Origin: an uncultured Actinomycetes bacterium
Lineage (GTDB): Bacteria > Actinomycetota > Actinomycetes > Nanopelagicales > Nanopelagicaceae
Assembly: GCA_903838035.1 (NCBI GenBank)
Contig: CAILWW010000096.1
Coordinates: 14,280 to 78,279, forward strand
Length of the DNA: 64,000 nt
Reading direction: 5' to 3'
Below are positions 49,123 through 59,978 of the stretch, one piece after another. Under the pieces are notes generated by a model that ran no database searches, had not been told where the DNA came from, and saw only the letters and a program-made list of their open reading frames with translations. How positions within the stretch are numbered: position 1 is the stretch's first letter; the number at the start of each line of letters is the position of its first letter. Position numbers and translations under genes: made by a program.

Positions 49123-50516
49123 TTCCATTATCTATCGCAAAGCTAGCAGAGATTACGCAAGGCAAAATTAATAACGTAGCTAATCCCGATGAGATTATCG
49201 AACAAATGCCGGAGATAGATTCTCGAAAGATTGATGCAAACCATTTCTTTGTCGCACTTGTCGGGGAACATCTCGATGGTCATGATTACGTCGATTCAGC
49301 TATCGCCGCCGGCGCCAAATTAGCCTTTGTCTCCCGAGCGGTAAATGCTCCATCAATACTTGTGGATGATGTAACCCAGGCACTTGCGGAGATCGCTACT
49401 TATGTTCGTGGCCAGTTATCAGGGCTCAAGGTGATAGCTATAACAGGCTCTCAAGGCAAGACCACCACAAAGGATTTAGCTGCCCACATTTTGCAAAGCG
49501 CGGGCGAGACCGTGGCAAATGTTGGCTCTTTAAATAATGATTTGGGGGTTCCGCTTACTCTCTTGAGATGTAAATCCAGCACTAAGTTTTGTATTGTCGA
49601 AATGGGAGCGCGTCATCGTGGCGATATCGCCCGACTGATGAAGATTGCTCAGCCCAATATCGGAGTCGCGCTGGTCGTTGGAACCGCTCACGTTGGTGAA
49701 TTTGGAAGTCAAGCAGAGATAGCGAAAGCCAAGTCGGAGATAATTACAGGGCTTGATTCAGGCGCAACTGCAATTCTTGGAACTTATGATGAATTTACTC
49801 CGCATATGGCCGATGGACTAAATCTGAAAGTGCTGGTATTTGGCGAGGGCTCGGGCTGCGATGTGAGAGCGGCCGATCAAGAATTTCGAGAGGGACGCGC
49901 ACATTTCGATCTTGTCACTCCACAAGGTCGAGCCGCCGTTGGCCTCCAACTTCTCGGGATGCATCAAATCGCAAACGCGTTAGCCGCCGCCACTATTGCA
50001 CTTTCACTGGATGTTCCGTTGGAGACTATCGCTGCCGCATTGTCGACCGCCCAACCCGCCAGCAAGTGGCGCATGGCGCTCATCGAAGAGAGTGGCTTGC
50101 TCCTTATTAATGATTCTTACAATGCTAACCCCGAAAGTATGGCCGCCGCTCTTCGGACGCTGGCGCTACTTGCGCAAGAGCGCGGGGGCGAGAGCTGGGC
50201 GATATTGGGCAAGATGCAGGAGCTCGGCGCGTCTAGTACTGCTCTGCACAAGCAAATTGGCAAACTGGCCTCTGATATCGGAATTGATCATCTGGTCTCG
50301 GTTGGAACCCAGGAGTATCTGCTCGCTGAGGAAGACCAAGCGCTAGTTGAACATTACTTTGATAAGAACGAAAAGGCTTTGGAGATTGTGCAGCACCTTT
50401 CGCAGGGAGATGTTGTTCTCGTGAAAGCTTCGCGTTCGGAGGGCTTCGAAAAGCTGGCCTCAGCAATTATCGAGAGCTGGAGAGATATGAGAGAAGTGGA
50501 GAGCGCGGCGAAATGA
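49119..50516 (+). CDS. murF: UDP-MurNAc-pentapeptide synthetase
   Basis: ITGSQGKTTTKD, NN.LGVPLT, DSYNANPESM and KASR. Confidence 0.95.
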   Translation: MIPLSIAKLAEITQGKINNVANPDEIIEQMPEIDSRKIDANHFFVALVGEHLDGHDYVDSAIAAGAKLAFVSRAVNAPSILVDDVTQALAEIATYVRGQLSGLKVIAITGSQGKTTTKDLAAHILQSAGETVANVGSLNNDLGVPLTLLRCKSSTKFCIVEMGARHRGDIARLMKIAQPNIGVALVVGTAHVGEFGSQAEIAKAKSEIITGLDSGATAILGTYDEFTPHMADGLNLKVLVFGEGSGCDVRAADQEFREGRAHFDLVTPQGRAAVGLQLLGMHQIANALAAATIALSLDVPLETIAAALSTAQPASKWRMALIEESGLLLINDSYNANPESMAAALRTLALLAQERGGESWAILGKMQELGASSTALHKQIGKLASDIGIDHLVSVGTQEYLLAEEDQALVEHYFDKNEKALEIVQHLSQGDVVLVKASRSEGFEKLASAIIESWRDMREVESAAK

Positions 50517-51580
50517 AAGGTATTTTGCTAGCCGGAACTCTGGCGACTCTAGGGAGCTTTCTCTTTACCCCAGTATTTATTCGCATACTTGCAAAGCGTG
50601 GATATGGCCAGATGATTCGCGATGACGGCCCAAAGAGTCATCATTCAAAACGCGGTACGCCGACTATGGGCGGAATCATTTTAATTGGCGGAACAAGTGC
50701 CTCGTATCTATTAAGCCACCTTGTAACTGGCGAGAAAATGACGAGTTCGGCGCTCCTAGTTTTGGCTTTAATAATTGGACTTGGCGCCGTCGGATTTCTC
50801 GATGATTACCTCAAAGTTGTTCGCCAGAATTCGCAGGGGCTTCGAGCTAAGCAGAAACTCTTTGGCCAAGCAATCTTCGCGGCGAGCTTTGCAATCGCTG
50901 GCCTACATTTTCGAGATCAGGCAGGGTTGACACCAATCTCGCTTCACCTCTCGACGGTACGCGAAACCTCGCTCAAGCTCGGATCAGTATTGCTCGTCCT
51001 TTGGGTGATATTCCTTGTTTTGGGAACAAGCAACGGCGTAAATCTCGCAGATGGTTTGGATGGACTTGCTACAGGTGCTGCCATCATGACCTTTATCGCT
51101 TTTGTCGTTATAGGCGTATGGGAATTTAAACAGAGTTGTGGATTAGAACAGAACACCATCATCTCTAAGTGTTACGTAGTACGAGATCCCCTTGATATGG
51201 CTTTGCTCGCCGCGGCTCTCGCGGGTTCGTGCGCTGGATTTCTCTGGTGGAATGCCTCACCTGCAAAGATTTTCATGGGCGATGTTGGATCACTTGCACT
51301 CGGTGGTGCAATCGCTGGACTTGCCATCACTTTACGCACTGAGTTTCTACTTGCCCTCCTTGGTGGCCTCTTTGTAATTATTACCCTCTCGGTAATTATC
51401 CAAACCGGGTACTTCAAACTCTCTGGTGGAAAACGGGTATTTAAAATGGCGCCATTACAACACCATTTTGAATTATTAGGCTGGGGAGAGGTAACAATTG
51501 TTATCCGATTCTGGATCATCGCCGGAATGACTGTGGCGGCAGGTCTGGGAATTTTCTATGGCCAATGGGTCGTTGCCTAA
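50513..51580 (+). CDS. mraY: Phospho-N-acetylmuramoyl-pentapeptide transferase
   Basis: KRGTPTMGG, DDYLK, NLADGLDGL, FMGDVGS and MAPLQHHFE. Confidence 0.96.
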   Translation: MKGILLAGTLATLGSFLFTPVFIRILAKRGYGQMIRDDGPKSHHSKRGTPTMGGIILIGGTSASYLLSHLVTGEKMTSSALLVLALIIGLGAVGFLDDYLKVVRQNSQGLRAKQKLFGQAIFAASFAIAGLHFRDQAGLTPISLHLSTVRETSLKLGSVLLVLWVIFLVLGTSNGVNLADGLDGLATGAAIMTFIAFVVIGVWEFKQSCGLEQNTIISKCYVVRDPLDMALLAAALAGSCAGFLWWNASPAKIFMGDVGSLALGGAIAGLAITLRTEFLLALLGGLFVIITLSVIIQTGYFKLSGGKRVFKMAPLQHHFELLGWGEVTIVIRFWIIAGMTVAAGLGIFYGQWVVA

Positions 51581-51582
51581 AA

Positions 51583-52959
51583 ATGTCATTTCTAGAATCG
51601 CTCTCCGATTCGCATATAGTTATTTTGGGCGGTGGAGTAACGGGAGCTTCAGTTCTTCGCTTTCTCAGAGAACGCGGCAATTCAAACCTTTACATTTTCG
51701 ATGAAAAGCTAGAATCGGTAGAAGGACTTTCGGTCTCAACACAACTCCCGGATAGCTTTGACTTAGCAATCGTTTCTCCGGGCTGGAAACCAAACCACCC
51801 GCTCATCTCCGAAATAAAGCAGAAAAATATTGAGCTAATCGGGGAAGTAGATTTCGCTTGGCGAATTCGAAAGGAGTTAGCCCCTAATCAGAAGTGGGTA
51901 GCGGTAACGGGGACCAACGGCAAGACCACAACCGTGCAAATGGTGGAATCAATCATTGGCTCATCTCACTTTTCAGGGATTGCCTGTGGCAACGTCGGTG
52001 TGAGCGTGATTGAAGCCGTCTCGAATAAGGCCCCATACGATCTCCTAGCTTTGGAGCTCTCCTCGTTTCAGATTGAATGGATGCACGAGGCAACTTTTGA
52101 AGCAGTCTCAATTTTAAATATCGCCGATGACCATATCGATTGGCATGGTTCATTTGAGGCATATGCGAATGCAAAAATGCGGCTACTTAACTTCACTTCA
52201 TTAGCCGTGATTGATACTGGGGATCCAGAGGTGGTACTTCGTTCGACCTCATGGAGTGGAAGAAAGGTTTTCTACTCTCTGGATACGCCGAATCTCGGAG
52301 AATTGGGCCTGGTCGAAAATCTCATTATCGATCGCGCCTTCATCTCTGAAGGTAGCGATGCTGAAGTTATGGCAGAGCTTGGTGATATCAATCCCGCGGT
52401 CCCACACAATGTCTTAAATGCCATGACCGCTGCCGGAATTTGCCGCTCGCTCGGTATCTCATATGAAGCAATTAAGCAGGGCCTAGCTCAATTTTCGCCA
52501 GATCACCATCGTCTTGAATTAGTAGCAACGGTTAATGGAATTCAGTGGGTGGATGACTCGAAAGCAACAAATCCGCATGCTGCAATGGCCGCACTTGGCT
52601 CTTATCTCTCTGTTCTCTGGATTGCGGGTGGATTGGCTAAAGGAGCACAAATGGAACCGCTCATCAAAAGAATGGGTGGACGGATTAAGGCTGCGATTCT
52701 CATAGGGGCAGACCGTGAACACATTGAAAGAGCGCTGAAAGAGTTTGCTCCCGATGTGCCCGTGTATCAGGTAGATAAATCTTCCACATCAGCTCAATTG
52801 ATGGATGATGTAGTTCGGAGGGCAGCTTCGATTGCGCAGGATGGCGATACAGTTCTATTGGCACCGGCTTGTGCATCTATGGATCAATTTCGATCGTATG
52901 CGGAACGAGGCGAACTCTTTGTCGCAAGCGTCAATAAGTTGGTGAAAAATGCAAGCTAG
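51583..52959 (+). CDS. murD: UDP-MurNAc-L-Ala:D-Glu ligase
   Basis: SPG, TGTNGKTTT, ELSSFQ, DDSKATN and LAPACASMDQF. Confidence 0.95.
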   Translation: MSFLESLSDSHIVILGGGVTGASVLRFLRERGNSNLYIFDEKLESVEGLSVSTQLPDSFDLAIVSPGWKPNHPLISEIKQKNIELIGEVDFAWRIRKELAPNQKWVAVTGTNGKTTTVQMVESIIGSSHFSGIACGNVGVSVIEAVSNKAPYDLLALELSSFQIEWMHEATFEAVSILNIADDHIDWHGSFEAYANAKMRLLNFTSLAVIDTGDPEVVLRSTSWSGRKVFYSLDTPNLGELGLVENLIIDRAFISEGSDAEVMAELGDINPAVPHNVLNAMTAAGICRSLGISYEAIKQGLAQFSPDHHRLELVATVNGIQWVDDSKATNPHAAMAALGSYLSVLWIAGGLAKGAQMEPLIKRMGGRIKAAILIGADREHIERALKEFAPDVPVYQVDKSSTSAQLMDDVVRRAASIAQDGDTVLLAPACASMDQFRSYAERGELFVASVNKLVKNAS

Positions 52960-54160
52960 ATTCCAAAAGACCAAAAAAGCTTCGGCTAAGTATGTTCACT
53001 TTCTGTCAAAGCCAGAGTCAAATTATTTCCTAATTTTAACCTGCGTCGGATTTCTCTCCGGCCTAGGTTTGGTCATGGTTCTATCAGCATCTGCCGTCCA
53101 CTCTTTTGAGCAGAATGGCTCAACGTTCAGCATTTTCATTAAACAAGTACTTTTCATGACACTGGGAATCGGTATTGGTTATATCGCTATGCGATTGCCA
53201 ATCGAACGCTGGAGTTCAATCACAAAGATTGCCCTTCCTATCGCTGCGGTTACTCTGATACTCCCGATGGCACCCGGTCTTGGCGTAACAGTTAATGGAA
53301 ATAGAAACTGGATTGGGCTTGGACCGATAACAATTCAACCAAGTGAGCTCGCTAAATTCTTTCTGATTTTATGGGCAGCAATGCAGTTACGCCGACATCA
53401 TGAGCGGCTAGAGCGAGACATCCAATCAAATCCGGCAATCTCTTTGGCTGGTGGAAGTGCCATCGTTCTTGGATTAATCATGTTGGGCAAAGATCTAGGC
53501 ACTGCCGCCATAGTTGCCGGAATTATTGTTGGCATGCTCTTTGTTTCTGGCATTAAAACAACTCACATCACATTTACCGTAGCAATCCTGGGTGCGCTTG
53601 GTGCTGGGTTTACCCTTACGCATACAAACCGAATGCGCCGGTTCACCGCAATTCTCGATCCCTTTGCGCCATCGGTCTATAAATTCGCAGGATGGCAACC
53701 TGCTCACAGTCTCATGGGCCTAGCAAGTGGTGGACTCTTTGGAGTAGGAATTGGCGCGAGTCGTCAAAAGTGGGCCAATCTCTCAGAGGCACACACTGAC
53801 TTTATATTCTCCGTCATCGGTGAAGAGATGGGGCTTCTAGGAACGTTATTAGTTCTCTTTACATATGCAGTTCTCATCTTTGCGATTTTTAGAGTCGCCA
53901 TGAACACTAAAGAGCTTTTCGCAAAGTTTGCCGTTATAGGAATTATCTCGTGGCTCACGCTTCAGATCGTGATTAATATTGGAACGAATGTCAGTCTAAT
54001 TCCGGTTATTGGCGTAACCCTTCCCTTCATCTCCTATGGAGGCTCTTCCCTGGTTGCCAACTACGTCGCAATAGGTTTTGTGCTCAACGTCGTTCGCCGG
54101 GATCCAGAACTCCAAAAAGTTCTCAAGGCCAATAAATTGGCAAGGCGCGAAAAGGCATGA
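52949..54160 (+). CDS. ftsW: SEDS glycosyltransferase FtsW
   Basis: NG.RNWI, QPSELAK, D.GT, EAHTDFIF..IGEE.G and LPFISYGGSS. Confidence 0.95.
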   Translation: MQARFQKTKKASAKYVHFLSKPESNYFLILTCVGFLSGLGLVMVLSASAVHSFEQNGSTFSIFIKQVLFMTLGIGIGYIAMRLPIERWSSITKIALPIAAVTLILPMAPGLGVTVNGNRNWIGLGPITIQPSELAKFFLILWAAMQLRRHHERLERDIQSNPAISLAGGSAIVLGLIMLGKDLGTAAIVAGIIVGMLFVSGIKTTHITFTVAILGALGAGFTLTHTNRMRRFTAILDPFAPSVYKFAGWQPAHSLMGLASGGLFGVGIGASRQKWANLSEAHTDFIFSVIGEEMGLLGTLLVLFTYAVLIFAIFRVAMNTKELFAKFAVIGIISWLTLQIVINIGTNVSLIPVIGVTLPFISYGGSSLVANYVAIGFVLNVVRRDPELQKVLKANKLARREKA

Positions 54161-55245
54161 AGCGAGTTCTCTTAGTAGGCGGCGGGACGGCCGGACACGT
54201 GGAGCCAGCGCTTGCAGTAGGCAAGTGGTTGGTGGCTCATGATTCTCAGATTCAAGTGGCCTTTCTTGGTACTCGTTCTGGGATTGAAGTCGATCTGCTC
54301 TTGAAAGAAGATTTTCCGCTTCACTGCATCACCAAGGTTCCGCTCCCTCGGAAAATAAATAGTGAACTTTTTACCTTCCCTTTTCGCCTCATCTATAGCT
54401 TGGCGCAATCACTTCGTATCATTCGAAACTTTGATCTCATTATTGGATTTGGCGGATATGTAAGTGCCAGTGCATATCTTGCGGCTAGGGCGCTAAAAAA
54501 GCCCATTGTTATTCATGAAGCAAATGCTCTTCCTGGATGGAGCAATAAACTGGGTGCTCGATTCGCCACCGAAATAGCCGTAGCTTTCGAATCTGTGAAG
54601 CGAAGCTATCCTGCCTGGTCTAATGCAATTTTTACCGGTATGCCAATCCGGAAAGAGATTTCAAAGGTTGCGGAACTTTCGAGCGATCAAAAGCGAGATA
54701 TCAAAACTAGAGTGGTTTACGAGCTCGGTTTGGATCCGAAGCTGCCGATTATTTTCGCCTTTGGTGGATCGCAAGGTTCGGCGGCAATAAATAAAACAAT
54801 AATTGATTTCTCACAGTCAGAGGCTGGTAAATCGGTGCAGATTATCCATGCCGTAGGTGGGAAGAATTCATTGCCTTCGGCAGAATCCAATTACCGTTCA
54901 TTTTCCTACATTTACAATATGGCTGAGATGTATGTTGCTTGCGATTTAGTCATCTCACGAAGTGGCGCGGTAAGCTGCGCAGAGATAGAAGCTATTCACA
55001 AATTTGCAATATTTGTACCACTTCCCATAGGCAATGGAGAGCAGTCGGCAAATGCCTATGACTTGGTTAACTCTGGCGCCGCACTTATCTGCAACAATTC
55101 AGAGTTCACGCCATCTTGGCTAGAGCGCAATATAGAAAGCCTGATTGCACAAGCAACGAAATTCAATAACGCTCAAATCTCTGCACCTTGGCAGAATGCA
55201 GATGAGGCCATCGGCAACATCGCGCTTTCGATTATGGAAAGATAA
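54157..55245 (+). CDS. murG: Lipid II GlcNAc transferase
   Basis: GGGTAGH, GFGGY, HEAN, GGSQG, RSGA and EQ..NA. Confidence 0.95.
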   Translation: MKRVLLVGGGTAGHVEPALAVGKWLVAHDSQIQVAFLGTRSGIEVDLLLKEDFPLHCITKVPLPRKINSELFTFPFRLIYSLAQSLRIIRNFDLIIGFGGYVSASAYLAARALKKPIVIHEANALPGWSNKLGARFATEIAVAFESVKRSYPAWSNAIFTGMPIRKEISKVAELSSDQKRDIKTRVVYELGLDPKLPIIFAFGGSQGSAAINKTIIDFSQSEAGKSVQIIHAVGGKNSLPSAESNYRSFSYIYNMAEMYVACDLVISRSGAVSCAEIEAIHKFAIFVPLPIGNGEQSANAYDLVNSGAALICNNSEFTPSWLERNIESLIAQATKFNNAQISAPWQNADEAIGNIALSIMER

Positions 55246-55250
55246 AGCCC

Positions 55251-56642
55251 ATGTCATTGACGCTTGACCAATTGCGAGCGAAGTCCATTCACTTTGTGGG
55301 GATGGGCGGCGCCGGCATGAGTGGCATAGCCCGAATCTTGCTTGCGCAAGGGGCAAGAGTCTCCGGATCGGATGCTAAGGACTCAATGGTTCTTCAGGGT
55401 CTGGCGGCGCTTGGTGCCAAAACATTTGTGGGGCATGCAGCGGAACATCTTCAGGGAGTAGATGTAGTTGTTGTATCAAGTGCGATAGATGAGCGAAATC
55501 CAGAGATTCAAAGGGCGAAAGAGCTCAATTTGTTAATTCTTGGCCGAGCTAAGGCGTTGGCGCTCTTGATGAGCAAATCAACCTCCGTGGCTGTGGCTGG
55601 AACTCATGGAAAAACTACGACGACCTCGATGTTGACCGTAGCTCTTCAATCAGCCGGCCTTGATCCCTCATTTGCAATTGGCGGAATGATCAACAGTTCT
55701 GGAACAAATGCGCATTTAGGAACGGGAACAATATTCGTCGTTGAAGCAGATGAGTCCGATGGTTCATTTCTGGAATACAAACCAGATGGCGCCATCATCA
55801 CAAATATGGAACTCGACCATGTGGATCATTTCCCTGATTTCGCCTCCGTGCTCGCGGCCTTTCACAAGTTTGTTGACTCCATAAAACCAAATGGATTCCT
55901 CGTTCTCTGCGTAGATAGCCCTGGAGTAAAGCAACTCTTGGCAGAGATTGGGCGCAAAGATCTCAAGGTAGTCACATATGGAGCCGGCGGAGAATTTTCC
56001 TATTCTCATCTCTCGATCCGGGCGAGCGAGAGCTCAGCCCGAATTGCACGTAATGGAAGTGTTCTGGGGGAGCTTTCACTCACCATCCCGGGTGAGCATA
56101 ATGTGATGAATGCAATCGCTGCGCTAGCGGCCGGCCTTGAACTAGGTGCTGGAATTTCTCCGTTAATGGAGGGGCTGCACAACTTCTCCGGTGCCCGGCG
56201 TCGCTTCGAAGTAAAAGGCGAAGTTGCTGGAATAACCGTTGTTGATGATTATGGACATCACCCCACAGAAGTTCGGGTCACGCTGGAGACGGCGAAGCGA
56301 TATGCAGGTACGGGAAGAGTTCTTGTCATCTTCCAACCACATAGGTACAGCCGCACTCAGGCGTTCCTTCATGATTTTGCCAGCGCGCTCTCCCTTGCTG
56401 ATTTCGTCGCGCTTTTAGAAATCTATCCCGCGAGTGAGGCTCCTATTCCTGGTGTCTCATCGAGAAATATAGTTGAACTCATGAAGAAGGAGCAGGCCAA
56501 CTTCGAACCATCCATGTTGCAAATCGTGAGCGATATCGTCGAGCAGGCAAAGAGTGGGGATCTCATTCTTACCTTAGGCGCCGGTGATGTAAATTCACTC
56601 GCTCCCATAATTATTCAAGCGCTTCATGAGAAGTTTGCTTAA
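55251..56642 (+). CDS. murC: UDP-MurNAc:L-Ala ligase
   Basis: HFVG.GGAGMSG, AGTHGKTTT, EADESD, DDYGHHP and FQPHRYSRT. Confidence 0.96.
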   Translation: MSLTLDQLRAKSIHFVGMGGAGMSGIARILLAQGARVSGSDAKDSMVLQGLAALGAKTFVGHAAEHLQGVDVVVVSSAIDERNPEIQRAKELNLLILGRAKALALLMSKSTSVAVAGTHGKTTTTSMLTVALQSAGLDPSFAIGGMINSSGTNAHLGTGTIFVVEADESDGSFLEYKPDGAIITNMELDHVDHFPDFASVLAAFHKFVDSIKPNGFLVLCVDSPGVKQLLAEIGRKDLKVVTYGAGGEFSYSHLSIRASESSARIARNGSVLGELSLTIPGEHNVMNAIAALAAGLELGAGISPLMEGLHNFSGARRRFEVKGEVAGITVVDDYGHHPTEVRVTLETAKRYAGTGRVLVIFQPHRYSRTQAFLHDFASALSLADFVALLEIYPASEAPIPGVSSRNIVELMKKEQANFEPSMLQIVSDIVEQAKSGDLILTLGAGDVNSLAPIIIQALHEKFA

Positions 56643-57349
56643 TGCGCCATCTGCACAAATCAAAGCGAGCTCGCAATCTAAGAATCGCTATCTTCGCAAT
56701 CGTGATAGCAGCACTTATCTACACTCTTGGCTGGTCTGGTTTGCTGGCGGTGAAGAAGATTGAGATATCTGGAACTTCACAGATAGATTTGATTTCACGC
56801 GATTTATCGAGAGATCACATTGCACTTCATCAGAATATGCAACTAGCGCGAGTAGATGTTAAAGCTATTTCACATTCGATTTTAAGCCACACATGGGTAG
56901 CCAATGCAATAATTTCTCGTAACTGGTTTGCTGGAACCGTTAAGATTGTGCTAACCGAACGAACTCCTGTTGCAGAATTCACCACAACTTCTGGCGAAAC
57001 TGAATATTTTGACGCTTCAGGCGCAAATTTCACGTACCCATCGCCTTTCATAGCTCTGCCAAAAGTGACTTTGCAATCAGGTGGCGAACTTTCAAGGAAA
57101 TCAGCTGCGGGGCTCATCTCGCAACTGCCCTCCGACCAACTTGCTGGCCTGATAGATCTCGTGGTTTACAGCCCTAATAAAATTATTATGGATATTCGAA
57201 TGGGGAATCGAAGCCTTCGTATTAATTGGGGAGATAGCAGCGAAATCAGCTTGAAAAATAAGGTGTTAGGCGCGCTTCTACTCTTGCCGGAAAATCAAAA
57301 AATCAGCAACGTTGACTTGAGTAATCCACGAGAACCAATTACAAAATAA
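56642..57349 (+). CDS. ftsQ: Cell division protein FtsQ/DivIB
   Basis: TM segment, POTRA-like segment, ERTPVA, WG...KNKVL..LL and DLS.P; lies between murC and ftsZ. Confidence 0.85.
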   Translation: MRHLHKSKRARNLRIAIFAIVIAALIYTLGWSGLLAVKKIEISGTSQIDLISRDLSRDHIALHQNMQLARVDVKAISHSILSHTWVANAIISRNWFAGTVKIVLTERTPVAEFTTTSGETEYFDASGANFTYPSPFIALPKVTLQSGGELSRKSAAGLISQLPSDQLAGLIDLVVYSPNKIIMDIRMGNRSLRINWGDSSEISLKNKVLGALLLLPENQKISNVDLSNPREPITK

Positions 57350-57413
57350 GTTTCGTGTCGGTTGTTGCTTCTACATACCTCGCACCATAGTTTTGCTAAT
57401 CGAGATATAACCA

Positions 57414-57441
57414 ACCATAAGTCTCAAGTAGAGATTTAGGT
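57414..57441. promoter_or_regulatory. Imperfect inverted repeat upstream of ftsZ (candidate FtsR-type operator)
   Basis: ACCATAAGTCTC-AAGTA-GAGATTTAGGT immediately before the ftsZ ribosome-binding site. Confidence 0.5.
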
Positions 57442-57458
57442 ACAGGAAGAGGCAGATT

Positions 57459-58613
57459 GTGGCAACACCGCAAAATTACTTAGCAGTTATTAAAGTCGTT
57501 GGCGTTGGCGGCGGCGGTGTGAATGCGATTAATCGAATGATTGATGCCGGATTAAAAGGCGTTGAATTCATTGCAATCAACACAGATTCACAACAGCTCA
57601 TCATGAGTGATGCAGATGTGAAATTAGATATTGGTAAGAAAGTAACACGCGGGCTAGGTGCGGGTGCGGCGCCAGAGATTGGTAAGCAGGCGGCCGAAGA
57701 TTCCGCGGATGAGATTGAAGAGCTTCTTCGTGGTGCAGATATGGTCTTTGTTACTGCTGGTGAAGGCGGAGGTACCGGCACCGGCGGTGCTCCTGTTATC
57801 GCAAAGATTGCAATGGATCTTGGCGCGTTGACTGTTGGTGTTGTTACACGTCCATTCTCATTTGAAGGAAAGCGTCGCTCATCTCAAGCAGAACAGGGAA
57901 TCGAAGCTTTGCGCGAAGTTGTCGATACCCTCATCGTTATTCCGAATGATCGCCTACTAGCAATCTCCGATCGTTCCATAAGTCAGATTGAAGCTTTTAA
58001 GAGCGCTGATGCAGTTCTCCTCTCCGGCGTACAAGGAATTACTGATCTCATAACAACACCTGGTCTGATAAACCTCGACTTCGCTGATGTTAAGAGCGTG
58101 ATGCAAGGAGCTGGTTCTGCGCTGATGGGAATTGGTTCTGCGCGCGGTGAATCACGCGCAACTCGCGCCGCCGAACTCGCGATCTCTAGTCCGCTGCTGG
58201 AAGCGTCTATAGATGGAGCTCATGGAGTACTCCTCTCCATTGCGGGCGGATCAGATATTGGCCTCTTTGAAATAAGCGAAGCTGCTGAGCTAGTTCATGA
58301 TTCAGTTCATCCAGATGCAAATATCATCGTTGGAACTGTCATTGATGATGCCCTTGGCGATGAGGTCCGAGTGACCGTCATTGCCGCAGGCTTTGATGGG
58401 GGAGCTCCAAAGAAGATCTCCATGCCGGTAATTGATGCTGCGACTCTGAGCGGAAGCGCCGATCCACTACCTATAGATGATGCGCTCTCGGTTGCTCTGG
58501 ATATTCCGTCGAATGAGATTCCCACTACTGCTACATCGCAAGGTCGGAAGCGAATTACCTTTGAAGAGCTAGTTATTGAAGATGAGATAGATATCCCAGA
58601 CTTCATGCGATAG
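57459..58613 (+). CDS. ftsZ: Cell division protein FtsZ
   Basis: GVGGGGVNA, tubulin signature GGGTGTG, NLDFADV and C-terminal DIPDFM. Confidence 0.98.
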   Translation: MATPQNYLAVIKVVGVGGGGVNAINRMIDAGLKGVEFIAINTDSQQLIMSDADVKLDIGKKVTRGLGAGAAPEIGKQAAEDSADEIEELLRGADMVFVTAGEGGGTGTGGAPVIAKIAMDLGALTVGVVTRPFSFEGKRRSSQAEQGIEALREVVDTLIVIPNDRLLAISDRSISQIEAFKSADAVLLSGVQGITDLITTPGLINLDFADVKSVMQGAGSALMGIGSARGESRATRAAELAISSPLLEASIDGAHGVLLSIAGGSDIGLFEISEAAELVHDSVHPDANIIVGTVIDDALGDEVRVTVIAAGFDGGAPKKISMPVIDAATLSGSADPLPIDDALSVALDIPSNEIPTTATSQGRKRITFEELVIEDEIDIPDFMR

Positions 58614-58620
58614 CACGAAG

Positions 58621-59286
58621 ATGGCGCGATTTTATTTCTCATCTATTTATGGTGGAGTTTCTACGGAAGCATACGCTGCCCTAAATCTGGGTGATCATGT
58701 TGGAGATAGCCCCATTCATGTCTCAGAAAATCGGGATGTTCTGGCGAGGCAACTTGGGCTCAAATCTATTAGCTTCATGAACCAAGTTCATGGAAGCGCT
58801 GTCGTTCAGGTCGACTCAACCACCAAGCAGATTCCCACTTGCGATGCAATAGTTACCACAGAGAAATCCTTGGGGCTGGCAGTTTTAACGGCCGATTGCA
58901 TTCCGTTGCTGATAGATGGCGAAAATTGCATTGCCGCAATTCATGTGGGGCGGCGTGGTTTAGTAAGCGGCGTTATCACTGAATCCATAGCTGTATTGAA
59001 GAATTTAGGAGCTACACGATTTAAAGCAGTGCTTGGCCCATCGATATGTGGCAAGTGTTATGAAGTGGATCTAACTATGTATGATGAAATTTCCTCTCAA
59101 TTGCCCAGCACGTCTACTAGCCGCGAGGTGCACTCACTAGATTTACCAAGCGGGGCAATCGATGAGCTGACGAAATTAGGGGTAGCTACAAAAGTCCATC
59201 ACATCTGCACCATGGAGAGCCCAGATTATTTCTCGTATCGCCGCAGTGGGATCGCCGGGAGAATGGCGGGGGTCATCTCCTTATGA
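58621..59286 (+). CDS. pgeF: PgeF/YfiH peptidoglycan-editing / purine nucleoside phosphorylase-like protein
   Basis: LNLG.HVGD, QVHG, TADC.P, H.G.RG, GPSICG.CYEV and FSYRR. Confidence 0.9.
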   Translation: MARFYFSSIYGGVSTEAYAALNLGDHVGDSPIHVSENRDVLARQLGLKSISFMNQVHGSAVVQVDSTTKQIPTCDAIVTTEKSLGLAVLTADCIPLLIDGENCIAAIHVGRRGLVSGVITESIAVLKNLGATRFKAVLGPSICGKCYEVDLTMYDEISSQLPSTSTSREVHSLDLPSGAIDELTKLGVATKVHHICTMESPDYFSYRRSGIAGRMAGVISL

Positions 59287-59969
59287 GTCAACGAAAAGCA
59301 GAGCTGGCAGCGAATTTGGCTGCCATACAGTCCCGCATCGATGCGGCGGCAACCACCTGCGGGAGAGCGCCATCGGAAATAACTTTGGTGGTGGTCACTA
59401 AGACTTTTCCGGTTGAAGATATCAAGCTCCTCTATGAGCTCGGAGTTCGAAATTTTGGTGAGAATAGAGACCAGGAAGGTTCGATTAAAGCGCCAGCCCT
59501 GCCTAAGGATTGCATCTGGCATTTTCAAGGCCAAATTCAAAGTAATAAAATTAAGTCAATTCTTACTTGGGCAAATTGCATCCACTCACTCGATGCTTTA
59601 AAGCATGCCGCCAAAATTGCCGAGATCGGCTCCAACGTGCAAATTCTGGTTCAAGTGGCGCTCGAGCAGGTACTGAGGGCCGATCGCGGGGGAGTAGATC
59701 CGGCAACGCTTGATGACTTTCTGGAACGAGTAATTGACGGCTTTAAATTAAATGTCGTCGGTCTCATGGCGGTTGCTCCGCTAGAGGCCAGACCAAAGGA
59801 GGCCTTCGATGAATTATCGAAAATTAGAACAGGTCTGGTCCATAAGTGGCCACAGCTCCAGCAACTCTCTGCCGGAATGAGTAATGACTTTGAAGCAGCT
59901 ATCGCGGCTGGCGCGACACTTGTGCGGGTGGGGAGCTCAATCCTCGGTTCTCGCAGCGCCCCCCTTTAA
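59283..59969 (+). CDS. yggS: YggS-family PLP homeostasis protein
   Basis: VTKT, FGEN, WHF.G.IQSNK, GLM, SAGMS.D and VRVGS. Confidence 0.93.
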   Translation: MSQRKAELAANLAAIQSRIDAAATTCGRAPSEITLVVVTKTFPVEDIKLLYELGVRNFGENRDQEGSIKAPALPKDCIWHFQGQIQSNKIKSILTWANCIHSLDALKHAAKIAEIGSNVQILVQVALEQVLRADRGGVDPATLDDFLERVIDGFKLNVVGLMAVAPLEARPKEAFDELSKIRTGLVHKWPQLQQLSAGMSNDFEAAIAAGATLVRVGSSILGSRSAPL

Positions 59970-59978
59970 AATTTACCC

